Assembly (NCBI GenBank): GCA_033286805.1
Contig: GCA_033286805.1_4727.1
Source: a phage
Strand: one strand, 5' to 3'
Length of the DNA: 64,000 nt
This document shows, piece after piece, positions 48,559-58,657 of the stretch (position 1 is the stretch's first letter; every line of letters starts with the position of its first letter). A program made the position numbers and the translations under genes. The notes beneath the pieces were generated by a model that saw only the letters and a list, made by a program, of their open reading frames with translations, did no database searches and had not been told where the DNA came from.

Positions 48559-51357
48559 TTACGCTAATTTACCGAAACCGGCTTTCTGTAGTTTCTCGTT
48601 GATCAGTTTTGCTTCCGCGAAAACATAATCACGATACGCGGTCACTAACCCGTCCACCCGTGAACGCAAGGCTTCTTCGAAGCTATACCACGCAGCGATT
48701 TCACGAATCTGTGCGTTGATATAATCAACGGTTGAGCGAAGCTCGGTTGCGTTTTCTTGCGGGATGGCTTTCACCTGGCGAGCAACGTCATTTAAACGAC
48801 GGAACTGTGTTTCGATTTCTTTAAACTTACTGTCGGCAAGTTTGCTGAATTCGTCACCAGAACGGGTAAATAACAGATAGCTGTTGCCGTCAAGTGCGGT
48901 CGCTAACTGCTGAAGTACGTTGGTGTCCGGATACACAGGAGTACCGCTTTGCAATACTTTCTCACCGAATTCCGCGAAGTCCTTCGGCGGTAAGTGCGCA
49001 GACGTTGTCAATTCGTTGAAACGGAAAGTCAGCGAATTATCATACAGCATCCGGTACGCTTCCATACCCTGTTTCATGGTACCGGCCAGGTTAGCCAGAC
49101 GCGGAGCAATCTCACCCTCTTTAGCGCGTTTCTGATCTTCTAACGCCCCTTCCAGTTCTTTACATTGGTCGTTCAGATACACGATACGATCGGGACGCAG
49201 ACGACGCATCTCACGAAGAATAGTATCCAGCTTGCCTTCCTGGAAATAACCTAACGTTAAAGACGTACACGCTTGCTGAAGACGATCGAAGACCGGTAAA
49301 GTCACCATCTCCTTACGGATACCATCAACAATCGCAGAGACAGCCGAAAGTTTCTGTTCTGTCGTTAATGGAACATCAGAGGCCGACTTGCTGGGTGCAC
49401 CAACAACGTTACGCATTGCGTCGGTATCCTCGGTTTTATCAACCTCTTTACGAACATGCTCATCAGGAACATAAACGTTAGCATTACGTTTCGCCTGCTT
49501 GATGGCGTCGTTGGCCGCTTTTTCGGTGGCTGCTACGCTATCAGCACGTTTCTTCAAGAGTTCAATAATCCAGAGCAACAGACGACGAATCGCAGTATAG
49601 GCCGTCGTGATGATGACACCGATAACAGCCATCTTCATGATACCGAACGATTCCATGGTCGGCTCTAATGCCTGGTCTGGCATATACCGTTCACGCAGTT
49701 CCAGATAGATCTGCTCATCTGGTTTGCTGACCTCACCACGATGCGAAGTACGATAGATGGCTTCGTCAATCTCAACAAGATCTTTGCGGGCCTGACGGTC
49801 TGTTTCGGTCAGATAAGCGCAGCCAGATACGTCGTCTTCAAAACTTTCGAACTTAAAGAAATCGACAACCATCTGGGCAAGCATCTCCTTCTTAGCAGGA
49901 TCGAGTGTCTTCGCATCTTCTTTTTGCTTAGCCGCTGCTTTATCGAATTTCTCTTTGTAATCATTCAGGGGTTTCACTGCTCTTGCTTTCAGTGCCTGAT
50001 AAATGATTTTCCAATCATCGTCACGTTCGAGGATGATGAAATGGTTTTTGAGTTCGAAAGCGCGATAGCGTGCAACGAGCTGTTCCACCTGAATGTGGGC
50101 GAGTTGGATATCCATTAGCCAACGGGACATCGCTGAAATCAAACGACTAAAAGCAAACAGCGCTTGATACGCGAGTTTCATATGCGTCTCGTACAGCTCT
50201 ATATCGCCGCTCCGGATATCGGCTGTTGGATTCATTTCTTTCGTTGCTTTGAAGATCTGCTCTGCTTCTTTCAGCGTCTTTTCGAACTTAACGTCATTAA
50301 ACGCGGTGAATGGTTCAGCGAGCTCATGCATTTTATCATGGAGTTCACGAACCCAAGCTTCCTTGTTGTTGCGGATGACGCTTCCATCGTGAAGTTCGGT
50401 TTGGTGTTTCTGTACCCATTCTTCGACGATATCTGCTGCGGCGACAACACCGACGTTTTTACCAACGAGAGGAACAATGGCTTCAAGTGTGCCGCGTCGG
50501 ACACCCCATAACCGATTTACCGAATCGTAGAATTCTCTGATCTCGGCTATATGTGGAACAATATTTAAGAAGGTGTTCCCGTTATGGCTCATCGATGAAG
50601 CCATTTCCGAGAATTGCTGGAACTTAATGACGACATCAGGGATCGTGTCCATCAGCCATTCTGCAGTATACTTCGCTTTCTCTTTCAGATTTTTGTCAGC
50701 GATTTCTTTAAGGTTAATCGCGCTACCGTATCCTGCAAGTTCGTTGTAGACGTCGTTAACCGTCATCTCTTTATCCAGCATTTCTTTAAAACGTGGATAA
50801 TCTGCACCTAACGCATCGATGACTTCTTGGATGATGTCGTCTGTGGTGGCGATAAATTTATTCGTACCCCCGTAATGTTTCCAGATTTTCTGTAGCGTCT
50901 TCTTAAAGAATTCGAAGACGAATGTCCAGATACGCTTAATGAGTTCCCAGACTTTCTTCGCACCATCGACAAACAGTTTAGAGACCTTGGCAACGAATCC
51001 TTCCTGTACCAACTCAACGCCGTTACGTGATGGGATTTCGGTGAAGAAAGCATCCGGTAGTTGTTTCGGGAACGCATCACCAAGTCGCATACGCAATTCG
51101 GGTACATCGGCACGAGAAATACCACGCGTCGTTAGCTGCTCGTGAAGACGAACGTTTTCTTCACCAGAGGCTACGAATTCGTTAACGTCAAATGAAACCA
51201 GTTCTTGATCTTCGGTGGTAACGACGCTTGAACCGTCACTGGTTTGGATGTCTTCGTCAGGGAATGCCATGAGCATACCGTGACGCATTTCAACCACTCC
51301 GTAATCGGTTGCTAAACCGAATTCGTTGTGGTCTGGGGTAATAACTGGGATACTCAT
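48559..51357 (-). CDS. very large hypothetical protein (932 aa), helical; virion internal protein-like
   Basis: ORF track; ATGA overlap with the upstream gene. Confidence 0.65.
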   Translation of the reverse strand: MSIPVITPDHNEFGLATDYGVVEMRHGMLMAFPDEDIQTSDGSSVVTTEDQELVSFDVNEFVASGEENVRLHEQLTTRGISRADVPELRMRLGDAFPKQLPDAFFTEIPSRNGVELVQEGFVAKVSKLFVDGAKKVWELIKRIWTFVFEFFKKTLQKIWKHYGGTNKFIATTDDIIQEVIDALGADYPRFKEMLDKEMTVNDVYNELAGYGSAINLKEIADKNLKEKAKYTAEWLMDTIPDVVIKFQQFSEMASSMSHNGNTFLNIVPHIAEIREFYDSVNRLWGVRRGTLEAIVPLVGKNVGVVAAADIVEEWVQKHQTELHDGSVIRNNKEAWVRELHDKMHELAEPFTAFNDVKFEKTLKEAEQIFKATKEMNPTADIRSGDIELYETHMKLAYQALFAFSRLISAMSRWLMDIQLAHIQVEQLVARYRAFELKNHFIILERDDDWKIIYQALKARAVKPLNDYKEKFDKAAAKQKEDAKTLDPAKKEMLAQMVVDFFKFESFEDDVSGCAYLTETDRQARKDLVEIDEAIYRTSHRGEVSKPDEQIYLELRERYMPDQALEPTMESFGIMKMAVIGVIITTAYTAIRRLLLWIIELLKKRADSVAATEKAANDAIKQAKRNANVYVPDEHVRKEVDKTEDTDAMRNVVGAPSKSASDVPLTTEQKLSAVSAIVDGIRKEMVTLPVFDRLQQACTSLTLGYFQEGKLDTILREMRRLRPDRIVYLNDQCKELEGALEDQKRAKEGEIAPRLANLAGTMKQGMEAYRMLYDNSLTFRFNELTTSAHLPPKDFAEFGEKVLQSGTPVYPDTNVLQQLATALDGNSYLLFTRSGDEFSKLADSKFKEIETQFRRLNDVARQVKAIPQENATELRSTVDYINAQIREIAAWYSFEEALRSRVDGLVTAYRDYVFAEAKLINEKLQKAGFGKLA

Positions 51358-51794
51358 GCATTCTCTCCTTGCAGTGCGTTAGCGAAAGCCGTTGCGAGTT
51401 GCGCAACCAGTTTCGGATCAACACCTTCGATAACGTCAGGCAGCCCTGCGGTTTCCTGGTCACGAACGGCGGAGGCTAATAACAGCATGGTTTCAGGCGC
51501 GGTTGGCTCATGCACCATGCGGTAACGCAGGCACCAGAAGTAGCGAGCAACGTCTAACGCATCAGCCAGCCCGATAACCAGCACCTTGTTCAGCTTATCC
51601 AACCCTTCACGGATTTTAGGGAGATGTTCACGAACGAAGATGCTGTCCGCAGTCAGATCTTCTTTTTCAGCGAATACCGGCATGCTGTAACCGGCGATGT
51701 AACCAGCGGCAATACTTAATGCGCGGGTCTGTTGTTCGGCTGGGAAGTCACGTACCAGGTCTTTCAGCTGAACGGCGAAATCAGAAATATTCAT
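51354..51794 (-). CDS. hypothetical protein (146 aa)
   Basis: ORF track; AAAGGAA RBS. Confidence 0.55.
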   Translation of the reverse strand: MNISDFAVQLKDLVRDFPAEQQTRALSIAAGYIAGYSMPVFAEKEDLTADSIFVREHLPKIREGLDKLNKVLVIGLADALDVARYFWCLRYRMVHEPTAPETMLLLASAVRDQETAGLPDVIEGVDPKLVAQLATAFANALQGENA

Positions 51795-51826
51795 GTTAAA
51801 TTCCTTTATAGTAAAAATAGAAGAGA

Positions 51827-53137
51827 TTAGGCGATAATGGAATCAAGAGTCGCTGCGGTTTTGAACAGATCGCTGTTCATTGTAGAAGAAAGGACTTGCT
51901 GAATTTCTTCCTGTTTAACCGCTTTACGAACCCCAGGACGAAGGATAAGCGTAACCATCTGTGAAAAGGTACGATTATTGTTCATCGCACTCAGCGTTTC
52001 ATCGATTGTTTTGATGGCATCCAGCGTCATGGAACGAACATCGCTTGGGATATCACGATCTTTCAAGCGTATAATTAAATCTTGTTTGATTTTACGGAAT
52101 CGTTCCATGTCGTTATCGTAAATGCTGTATGTCGGATCTAACCAAACAGAAAGCGCGGTTACAGCGACAACAACCAACACGCCGATAGCACCAACAGAAG
52201 CTAAACCTATCGCCATCATAGAAGCTATAGTAGCATCCATGATGAAGGAGAGCCAGAACATCGTTTTGGACTTCACGGAGTCTTTGCTATAAAGCCGATA
52301 CATTTTAGCAAGCCCGCTAACGAGATACTCCCCACCACCATGACGCGTAGCGAACTGATCGGCCATGAATTCGGAAGCAACGTCGGTATATCGTCCAGCG
52401 TTGTTTACATTTCGTAACTGCATTGCTCTGTTAGACACGTAAACCGTGTACCAGACACTACCATCGTCTGAATCACTGATTTTGTCTACGTCGACGTTGG
52501 TATCCAACGTTTTGTTTAACGCTTTCGCCAGTTCGATACGTTTTACCTTATCGGTTGTCCCCAACAGTTCACGCTGTACGGTCATGATTGAGGCTTCGAC
52601 ACGAACCGTTTCCGACAATGTTTCAAGGAAGGTAAATGCGTGCCCGATTTCATGCAGCATTATGGCTGCTTTTTCTTCCGGAAGAAAGGGTTCTGTCGCT
52701 GTTAGCAATTCATACGTGATGGCAGAACGAATCTTCAATTCTTCAAAGATACCGTAAACACGACCTTTTTCTAAATCGACGTAACCGACAGGCGTATCTT
52801 TAATCTTCTTAAGGAGCGTAACGCCATCAGCACCGCGCATCCATAACCGATGATAGTCTGCCAGAATTGTGTTGTTTGTCGAAATATCCGGTGGGTACAC
52901 GTAGGCATTCATTTGGCCCATTTTCACGTCGACCGAGAATTCGATGTTCAACCCCGTATAGCGTTTAACCATCTCGGTTAAACGACCGTCCTTGAAAACG
53001 TTTAAAACCTCTTTTTTATCCAGTCCCTGTTTGCTTCTGAAGAACTCGGTCATTTCCTTGAACAAGGAACCATCTTGAAACTTGATGGCCTCCATCGTTA
53101 ATTCGTCATGACCGTACACGCGTTGTAGTAATGACAT
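51827..53137 (-). CDS. putative membrane-anchored M48-like (HtpX/Ste24-type) zinc metalloprotease (436 aa)
   Basis: HEIGH at aa 162-166; EFMADQFA at aa 256-263 resembling the M48 third-ligand motif; hydrophobic segment of about 35 aa at aa 295-333. Confidence 0.5.
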   Translation of the reverse strand: MSLLQRVYGHDELTMEAIKFQDGSLFKEMTEFFRSKQGLDKKEVLNVFKDGRLTEMVKRYTGLNIEFSVDVKMGQMNAYVYPPDISTNNTILADYHRLWMRGADGVTLLKKIKDTPVGYVDLEKGRVYGIFEELKIRSAITYELLTATEPFLPEEKAAIMLHEIGHAFTFLETLSETVRVEASIMTVQRELLGTTDKVKRIELAKALNKTLDTNVDVDKISDSDDGSVWYTVYVSNRAMQLRNVNNAGRYTDVASEFMADQFATRHGGGEYLVSGLAKMYRLYSKDSVKSKTMFWLSFIMDATIASMMAIGLASVGAIGVLVVVAVTALSVWLDPTYSIYDNDMERFRKIKQDLIIRLKDRDIPSDVRSMTLDAIKTIDETLSAMNNNRTFSQMVTLILRPGVRKAVKQEEIQQVLSSTMNSDLFKTAATLDSIIA

Positions 53138-53358
53138 TGTACACTCTCTAAATTTACGTAAATTTAAGGGCTAATGGATCGGCTGGCCGCACCAATCACA
53201 ATGTGTCCGCTGCTATGCAACGGCATTCATAGAAATACCTTTTGACGGTAACATCACCGTTCATAGCCCAAGCAATAAGAGTGGTCGGTTAAAAACAACA
53301 GAACGTGGGGATGATATAGAAAATCACCTTTTAACACTTATTACGAGTTTATCAAGCC

Positions 53359-55110
53359 ATGAGCGAACAAGAACGAAAACCTAAGAAGAAACTGCTCGGT
53401 ATTCAATGTCGACACATCAGCTATAACGAAGCGAACGATGGCAGCAAGAACGACCTCATGATCGCAAAAGAGATCATGTTCTTCGATGATAATACGCAAG
53501 CGACGAATCTTCGCTTCTTCGAGAATTACAAACGTCCGTTTTGGGTGACGGTAGAGAGTAAACGTAAGAACAAATATAAAAAGGAAAGCGAGAAGCTCTC
53601 GCATGTGCGTCGCTATGATGTCCGCCAAAGTGAACTGGTTGAAAAGATCAGTTCGGTGCTTTATAAAAGACGTGCTGATGACAACACCCGTCTACAGCAG
53701 CTTGCACGGAGTCCATACCTCTATGGCACGGACGTTAGCGCCAGCTGTTATTTAAAAACCCAGTACAACACAAAATGGCCGGAATACGTCGATAAATTAC
53801 CCGCTTCCATTGCCTGTTTCGATATCGAAACCGACGTTGTCCACGGGCACGGTAAGATCGTCTGTATGTCTATTACAATGGGATACAATGCGATACTTTG
53901 CTATACCAAGGACTTCGTTGGTCATATTCCGAATGCGATTGAGAAAACCCATGAGAAGATTCGATATTACCTGGCCGAACGTCTGAATACCAAAGAAGAT
54001 CCTCATGCGTTCGAAAAATATCATTACGATGTGCGAATCGTAGAAAGTCCGGCGCAAGCAGTCATCCAGTGCATGCAGAAGGTTCACGAATGGCAGCCGG
54101 ATTATCTCCTTGGCTGGAATATCGCGTTCGATATTCCGCGCATGCTCCAGGCACTGAACGAGGAAGGGTATCGTCCCGAGGATGTTTTCTCCGATCCTCG
54201 TGTACCACCTAAATATCGTATTGCTCGCTGGGTACCACCGAAGACAGACAAGGTATCTGCTTCAGGTCGTAAAACCAACCTTACCCTTGAGCAGACCTGG
54301 CCGATGTTTTATACGATGGCCACATACCAGGTTATGGATGCGATGTGCGGTTATAAGTTCGTTCGTTTAGGAAGACCGGATGAAGGACGCTATTCACTCG
54401 ATGCGGTGTTAGAGCGAAATAAATGCCATACGAAATTAAAAGCGATTCCTGGTACAGAGGGGTTCACGGAGCTTGCGTGGCACGAAGAGATGCAAACGAA
54501 CCATCAAATCGACTACGGCGTATATAACCTTTGGGATAACCAGGGTATCGAGGCGTTGGACCAGAAAACAAAAGACTATTCGATGACCATCCCTATTCGT
54601 TTGGCGGCGTCGGATTTGAAAGATTTCAGTTCTAACCCTAAACGTATCTGTGACAAACTTTTCTTCGTTTATCTTAACCGTGGGGAAGTCATGGGATGCA
54701 CTGCCGACGACATGACCCAGGAAGAAGATAAGTGGGTTATCTCACGAACCGGACATATCGTCACATTACCGTGCGATCTCATGGCGGACAACGGCATTCA
54801 TCTCTTCTGGGATATGCCGAACCTGAGAAGTTATATCCGTCTATTCGTTGCAGACCTCGACATTAGCAGTTCATACCCAAACGGGCAGATCCTGTTGAAT
54901 TTATCCAGAGCATGTGTTTTTCGTGAGCTCTCGCGCATTGAAGGCGTCTCTGACTATCAATTCAGGAAGTTAGGTATCAACTTTATTACCGGAGGTAAAA
55001 CGAACGCTGTAGACTTCTGTAGAATCGTTTATAAAGCACCATCGATGTTCGAACTCTTAGAACATTTCGATGCAACGCGTCCAAAAGGGGAAGCGCGGAC
55101 CATCGAATGA
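53359..55110 (+). CDS. family-B DNA polymerase, N-terminal fragment (3'-5' exonuclease domain plus palm motif A) of a split polymerase
   Basis: Exo I FDIETD (aa 154-159), Exo II GWNIAFDIP (aa 252-260), Exo III YNLWD (aa 389-393), motif A DISSSYPNGQILLNLS (aa 501-516); gene ends about 80 aa after motif A with no motif B or C. Confidence 0.6.
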   Translation: MSEQERKPKKKLLGIQCRHISYNEANDGSKNDLMIAKEIMFFDDNTQATNLRFFENYKRPFWVTVESKRKNKYKKESEKLSHVRRYDVRQSELVEKISSVLYKRRADDNTRLQQLARSPYLYGTDVSASCYLKTQYNTKWPEYVDKLPASIACFDIETDVVHGHGKIVCMSITMGYNAILCYTKDFVGHIPNAIEKTHEKIRYYLAERLNTKEDPHAFEKYHYDVRIVESPAQAVIQCMQKVHEWQPDYLLGWNIAFDIPRMLQALNEEGYRPEDVFSDPRVPPKYRIARWVPPKTDKVSASGRKTNLTLEQTWPMFYTMATYQVMDAMCGYKFVRLGRPDEGRYSLDAVLERNKCHTKLKAIPGTEGFTELAWHEEMQTNHQIDYGVYNLWDNQGIEALDQKTKDYSMTIPIRLAASDLKDFSSNPKRICDKLFFVYLNRGEVMGCTADDMTQEEDKWVISRTGHIVTLPCDLMADNGIHLFWDMPNLRSYIRLFVADLDISSSYPNGQILLNLSRACVFRELSRIEGVSDYQFRKLGINFITGGKTNAVDFCRIVYKAPSMFELLEHFDATRPKGEARTIE

Positions 55111-55157
55111 ATCAAGTATGTTGATCCTCGTTTAACAAAAAAGAAAACGCATGCGAA

Positions 55158-55196
55158 GCCCCTCCCCCTGGCGGAAGCCGGAGGGAGGGGTGGAGG
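55158..55196. terminator. GC-rich imperfect hairpin with T-run, shared terminator for the polymerase fragment (plus) and gene 55209..55682 (minus)
   Basis: CCTCCC...GGGAGG arms followed by TTTTATGTGTTTTT on the plus strand. Confidence 0.5.
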
Positions 55197-55208
55197 TTTT
55201 ATGTGTTT

Positions 55209-55682
55209 TTAATTATTGTTGGTGGGGTTATCGTCCGGTTTATATTCAATGCCGTAGGCGACGTAACGGTCTGTTGTATGGACGACAAGCGAGATAGGGA
55301 AATCATAATGCATAGTTTTGTCTCGAACGAGCTGAGTAAAGAGATCCATATAACGTATTAAGTCTTCACTGGTGTAATCAGAAGGGAAGAAGACATCGAT
55401 GGTTATTGAATCTTCATAGAGGCGTATGACCAACTTATCCAGAAGGTCGGCATATTGGTTAGCCGGGGTGACGTCCAGCTGACAGATGTCACGATCTCCT
55501 TCGTCTCGCGATACCCACATCGTGGTATCCTGTAATGAGGTTTCAAGGATCTCGAAAACACATTTTGCTGTAAGTCTTAGTTTATTTGTTACGTCATGGT
55601 TAGGTGAATAATGGTCACGGATGTTTTTCACTGCGTCTTTGATAGAGAAAGTCATTGTTGCTGTTCCTGTTATAGTCAACAT
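55209..55682 (-). CDS. small hypothetical protein (157 aa), member of a small paralog family
   Basis: ORF track; C-terminal motif ...DFPISL...YGIEYKPDDN shared with the 152-aa and 164-aa genes. Confidence 0.55.
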   Translation of the reverse strand: MLTITGTATMTFSIKDAVKNIRDHYSPNHDVTNKLRLTAKCVFEILETSLQDTTMWVSRDEGDRDICQLDVTPANQYADLLDKLVIRLYEDSITIDVFFPSDYTSEDLIRYMDLFTQLVRDKTMHYDFPISLVVHTTDRYVAYGIEYKPDDNPTNNN

Positions 55683-55685
55683 ATA

Positions 55686-55716
55686 GCCCTTCCCTAGCCG
55701 TCAAGGCCGGGGAAGG
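55686..55716 (-). terminator. GC-rich hairpin (CCTTCCC...GGGAAGG)
   Basis: inverted repeat between the small genes; followed on the plus strand by GGTATGTTT. Confidence 0.45.
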
Positions 55717-55732
55717 GTATGTTTACGTGTAA

Positions 55733-56128
55733 TTACTTTTTGGCGTCCGTTGGTGATTCAGTATGTTTCTCGCTGCTGGTGTACCAGAGTAGGTATGTCG
55801 GGAAAAGATTAACCTCTAAGCTAAACGGGATATTATATTTTTCTTCCATTTTGCAGAGATGTTCTTTAAGTAAATCCCTTGCTTCTTTGTTACGGCGAGC
55901 GGAGTGCCAATGTAGTTCTTCGTTCTCCTTTACCAGTACTTCTACAATGATACGCTGCTCGTGAACCTCGGTTTTCACAATAGCAAGTAAATCGTTACTA
56001 TCGAAACGGGTAAAACGAATGTACGAACCAGGCGTTTTTTCTTGTTTAACGATATCGATCATAGTAGAAATGTGTGGGTGATCGATGTTGTCGTTAACTG
56101 CTTTAACGATGGAATCTACAACGCTCAT
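55733..56128 (-). CDS. small hypothetical protein (131 aa)
   Basis: ORF track; ATG start. Confidence 0.5.
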   Translation of the reverse strand: MSVVDSIVKAVNDNIDHPHISTMIDIVKQEKTPGSYIRFTRFDSNDLLAIVKTEVHEQRIIVEVLVKENEELHWHSARRNKEARDLLKEHLCKMEEKYNIPFSLEVNLFPTYLLWYTSSEKHTESPTDAKK

Positions 56129-56168
56129 TTTTTTTTATCCTTAATGTTATCGGTTTAGAAATAATATT

Positions 56169-56933
56169 TTATTTGCTGTTATCTTTATCGACAGTTGTTA
56201 CCCATGATGGGAAAGCCGGATGGAAACAGAGCGTGAACGTAACCTTCGTATCGTATTTAAACGCACGGTCCACTAGCCGAGTATCGAACGTTTCCCTTAG
56301 ACCGTCATCATCGTTATCGATGACAGCCATATCCCTTAATATCCCAAGCACGTTAACGCCATCTGGTGTCTGGGTTACAACAAGTCGTCGTAATGGTCCG
56401 CATGTATAATCACGTACGTATCCTTTCTTCGGGTCCGATACTCTATTTAACGCATCGTGATTTTCGATGAATTCATCGGCAATACGAGTGATGTGTTCCC
56501 TTGCTTTATCTGGATCGTATTCTGCTAATAGTTCCTTCGTGTCGAATGTTATCGCGTTATTAGCATTCGATTCAGAAGGGAAACATAAAACTAAACGAAC
56601 AGGGTATTCGTATTGATCTGTTCTTGTTTCGAAAGCATTAGCTAAACACGGCTTGTATGCCTTTGCGTCGACATTGTCCAAACACGGATGCAATAATGCA
56701 TGAATAACGGCACCATCATCAGTTAAACCGAATTCCATAAATTGTGTTTCATCGGTGTCTGTTACGGTTTTCTGAAGGTACGCTTTACCGTTAACAATAT
56801 CGGTATCCCACATATCGTCGTTTAACGATTCTTCAAACTTATCGAATATATGGTTTACGAGATTGACGAGTTCATCAATACGGCACTGTTGGTTGAATTC
56901 GATTAATCGTTGAACTTTATCTTTGATAGACAT
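56169..56933 (-). CDS. hypothetical protein (254 aa), possibly a duplicated form of the small paralog fold
   Basis: ORF track; contains ...YEYPVRLVLCFP... and ...VTFTLCFHP... resembling the DFPI(S/T)L motif twice. Confidence 0.5.
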   Translation of the reverse strand: MSIKDKVQRLIEFNQQCRIDELVNLVNHIFDKFEESLNDDMWDTDIVNGKAYLQKTVTDTDETQFMEFGLTDDGAVIHALLHPCLDNVDAKAYKPCLANAFETRTDQYEYPVRLVLCFPSESNANNAITFDTKELLAEYDPDKAREHITRIADEFIENHDALNRVSDPKKGYVRDYTCGPLRRLVVTQTPDGVNVLGILRDMAVIDNDDDGLRETFDTRLVDRAFKYDTKVTFTLCFHPAFPSWVTTVDKDNSK

Positions 56934-56935
56934 GA

Positions 56936-57394
56936 TTACCCATTAGCTCCTTCTTCGTCTGGAGAGTATTCCATCGTGTAGAATTCATAACCGTCGGAAA
57001 ACTTGAGTGTTAATGTAATAGGGAAATCGCACGGCATAGCTGATTTCGTAAATGCGTTATTAGCAACATCAGCCAACCGACGTATAGCATCAGTCCCGCT
57101 GACGCTGAATGGTAGTTGTATGTTGATAAGGATGCGGTGCTTGTAAACATAGAAAACAACGGTGCTGTCAAGATAAACGCTATGGAACGGTATTGTTGGG
57201 ATGCGTTCCACGATGGTAAAATACGTCCCGTCATTATCGCTATGTCCCACCGACCAAATATCGGATTTGCGTAGATTTTGTTTGAGAGATTCGATACTTC
57301 GAGTGACGGTATCAGCAACAGGTGCGACGTAAGCGTCTTTATGCGAGTCGAAAAGTTCGTTGACGTTAGATTCGAATGAATACATTGTTGCCAT
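56936..57394 (-). CDS. small hypothetical protein (152 aa), small paralog family
   Basis: ORF track; C-terminal ...CDFPITLTLKFSDGYEFYTMEYSPDEE. Confidence 0.55.
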   Translation of the reverse strand: MATMYSFESNVNELFDSHKDAYVAPVADTVTRSIESLKQNLRKSDIWSVGHSDNDGTYFTIVERIPTIPFHSVYLDSTVVFYVYKHRILINIQLPFSVSGTDAIRRLADVANNAFTKSAMPCDFPITLTLKFSDGYEFYTMEYSPDEEGANG

Positions 57395-57460
57395 TATTCT
57401 ACCTCAATGGTTTAACCGATACGTGCCCCACCTAACAAGGGACACGTTATCGTTGATTAA

Positions 57461-57955
57461 TTACTCTTCTGTGTTTTCATTGTCTGGATCGTAGTGGAAT
57501 TCGAACAGCCCTGAACCGTCGTGCCCGTTGATTGTTAGTATAACGGGCATATCGAATCCTCGGACACGCGAATGAAAACACTGTGCTAATTTTAGTTTGG
57601 CATATGCCGCTATTTCATTGATGGCAATACACGACTCACCTGTTATACTCAGTATAACGTCGATACTAATGATGTTATCATGCAACGCAAAACGCCAGCG
57701 ATCGATACGATTATTATCTTTATCGGTTGTCTCGTTTACGAGATAGACTTTATCATCAACCGACAAAGCGGGACTCCAGCAACGTTCGTTTATTAAATTC
57801 GCCTGGAGTTTTAGTATCGTCTGATCGATAATATCCCAACACGTAACCAGCGTGGTGTCAGGCACTGAGTAGAGAAGGGCGTGCACTTTATCCTTTATTT
57901 TAAGTGCTTCCGCAGGACGTCCGCAAATACCATGCATTTCAACTTTCTTATTCAT
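57461..57955 (-). CDS. small hypothetical protein (about 164 aa), small paralog family
   Basis: ORF track start 57961 is GTG; ATG at 57955; C-terminal ...FDMPVILTINGHDGSGLFEFHYDPDNEN. Confidence 0.5.
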   Translation of the reverse strand: MNKKVEMHGICGRPAEALKIKDKVHALLYSVPDTTLVTCWDIIDQTILKLQANLINERCWSPALSVDDKVYLVNETTDKDNNRIDRWRFALHDNIISIDVILSITGESCIAINEIAAYAKLKLAQCFHSRVRGFDMPVILTINGHDGSGLFEFHYDPDNENTEE

Positions 57956-57998
57956 ATTCACTTCTTTCTTAATCTAAATGTTAGTTGGGGTGGGATGC

Positions 57999-58601
57999 TT
58001 ACATGCTTTCTAGCATATTGACGATCATGGAACCCATACCGAAACTCGGTCTTTCACCGATGTACTCAGCAAGCTGGCGATGGACGTCTTTTGGATTTCC
58101 TTCTTCACCATCGGCATCGATGTAAACCGAAAAAGAAACCGAATCGGAATCCACGCTGATAACCAGACGACGTTCATTGCGTTCCTTGAGCGTGTCGACG
58201 ATAGATGCTTTCAGTACCGGGATCGCATTCATCGCGTGCAAGATATCTCCATCGGGTTTCGGCAGATCGATCTTTTCTTTCAGGTCGATATTGATGTTGG
58301 TTACAATTGGGTTGAGGTCGACCTTGACGTAATCGTTAGGGTACATGCGAATAATCGCACGATCAATATCTGAACCGTAAAAGTCAACACGTGGCTTTAA
58401 CACTTCTTTGTTTGGATCCATGTTTTCATCCATACCTGCCTGCAAGAAACGTTCTACGTTATCCAGTTCACGATAAACTGACGCTTCGATTTCTTTCAGA
58501 TAGTTGGCTGCGGTTTCATGTTCTTTGCGCAGCTCGTCTTTAAGGAGCTGTACGGTGGTTTCACTGGAACGGATGCTGTTCGCGAATTGGGTAATTGACA
58601 T
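57999..58601 (-). CDS. hypothetical protein (200 aa)
   Basis: ORF track; ATG start. Confidence 0.55.
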   Translation of the reverse strand: MSITQFANSIRSSETTVQLLKDELRKEHETAANYLKEIEASVYRELDNVERFLQAGMDENMDPNKEVLKPRVDFYGSDIDRAIIRMYPNDYVKVDLNPIVTNINIDLKEKIDLPKPDGDILHAMNAIPVLKASIVDTLKERNERRLVISVDSDSVSFSVYIDADGEEGNPKDVHRQLAEYIGERPSFGMGSMIVNMLESM

Positions 58602-58657
58602 ATCGAATTCCTTAAATTATCTTGAGTTCAATTAATGATGAAAAGCTGTAAAAAAAA

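Noticed and set aside
53341-53628. 95-aa minus-strand ORF overlapping the start of the polymerase gene
   Set aside because: Antisense to the well-supported polymerase N-terminus and begins within the divergent promoter region.
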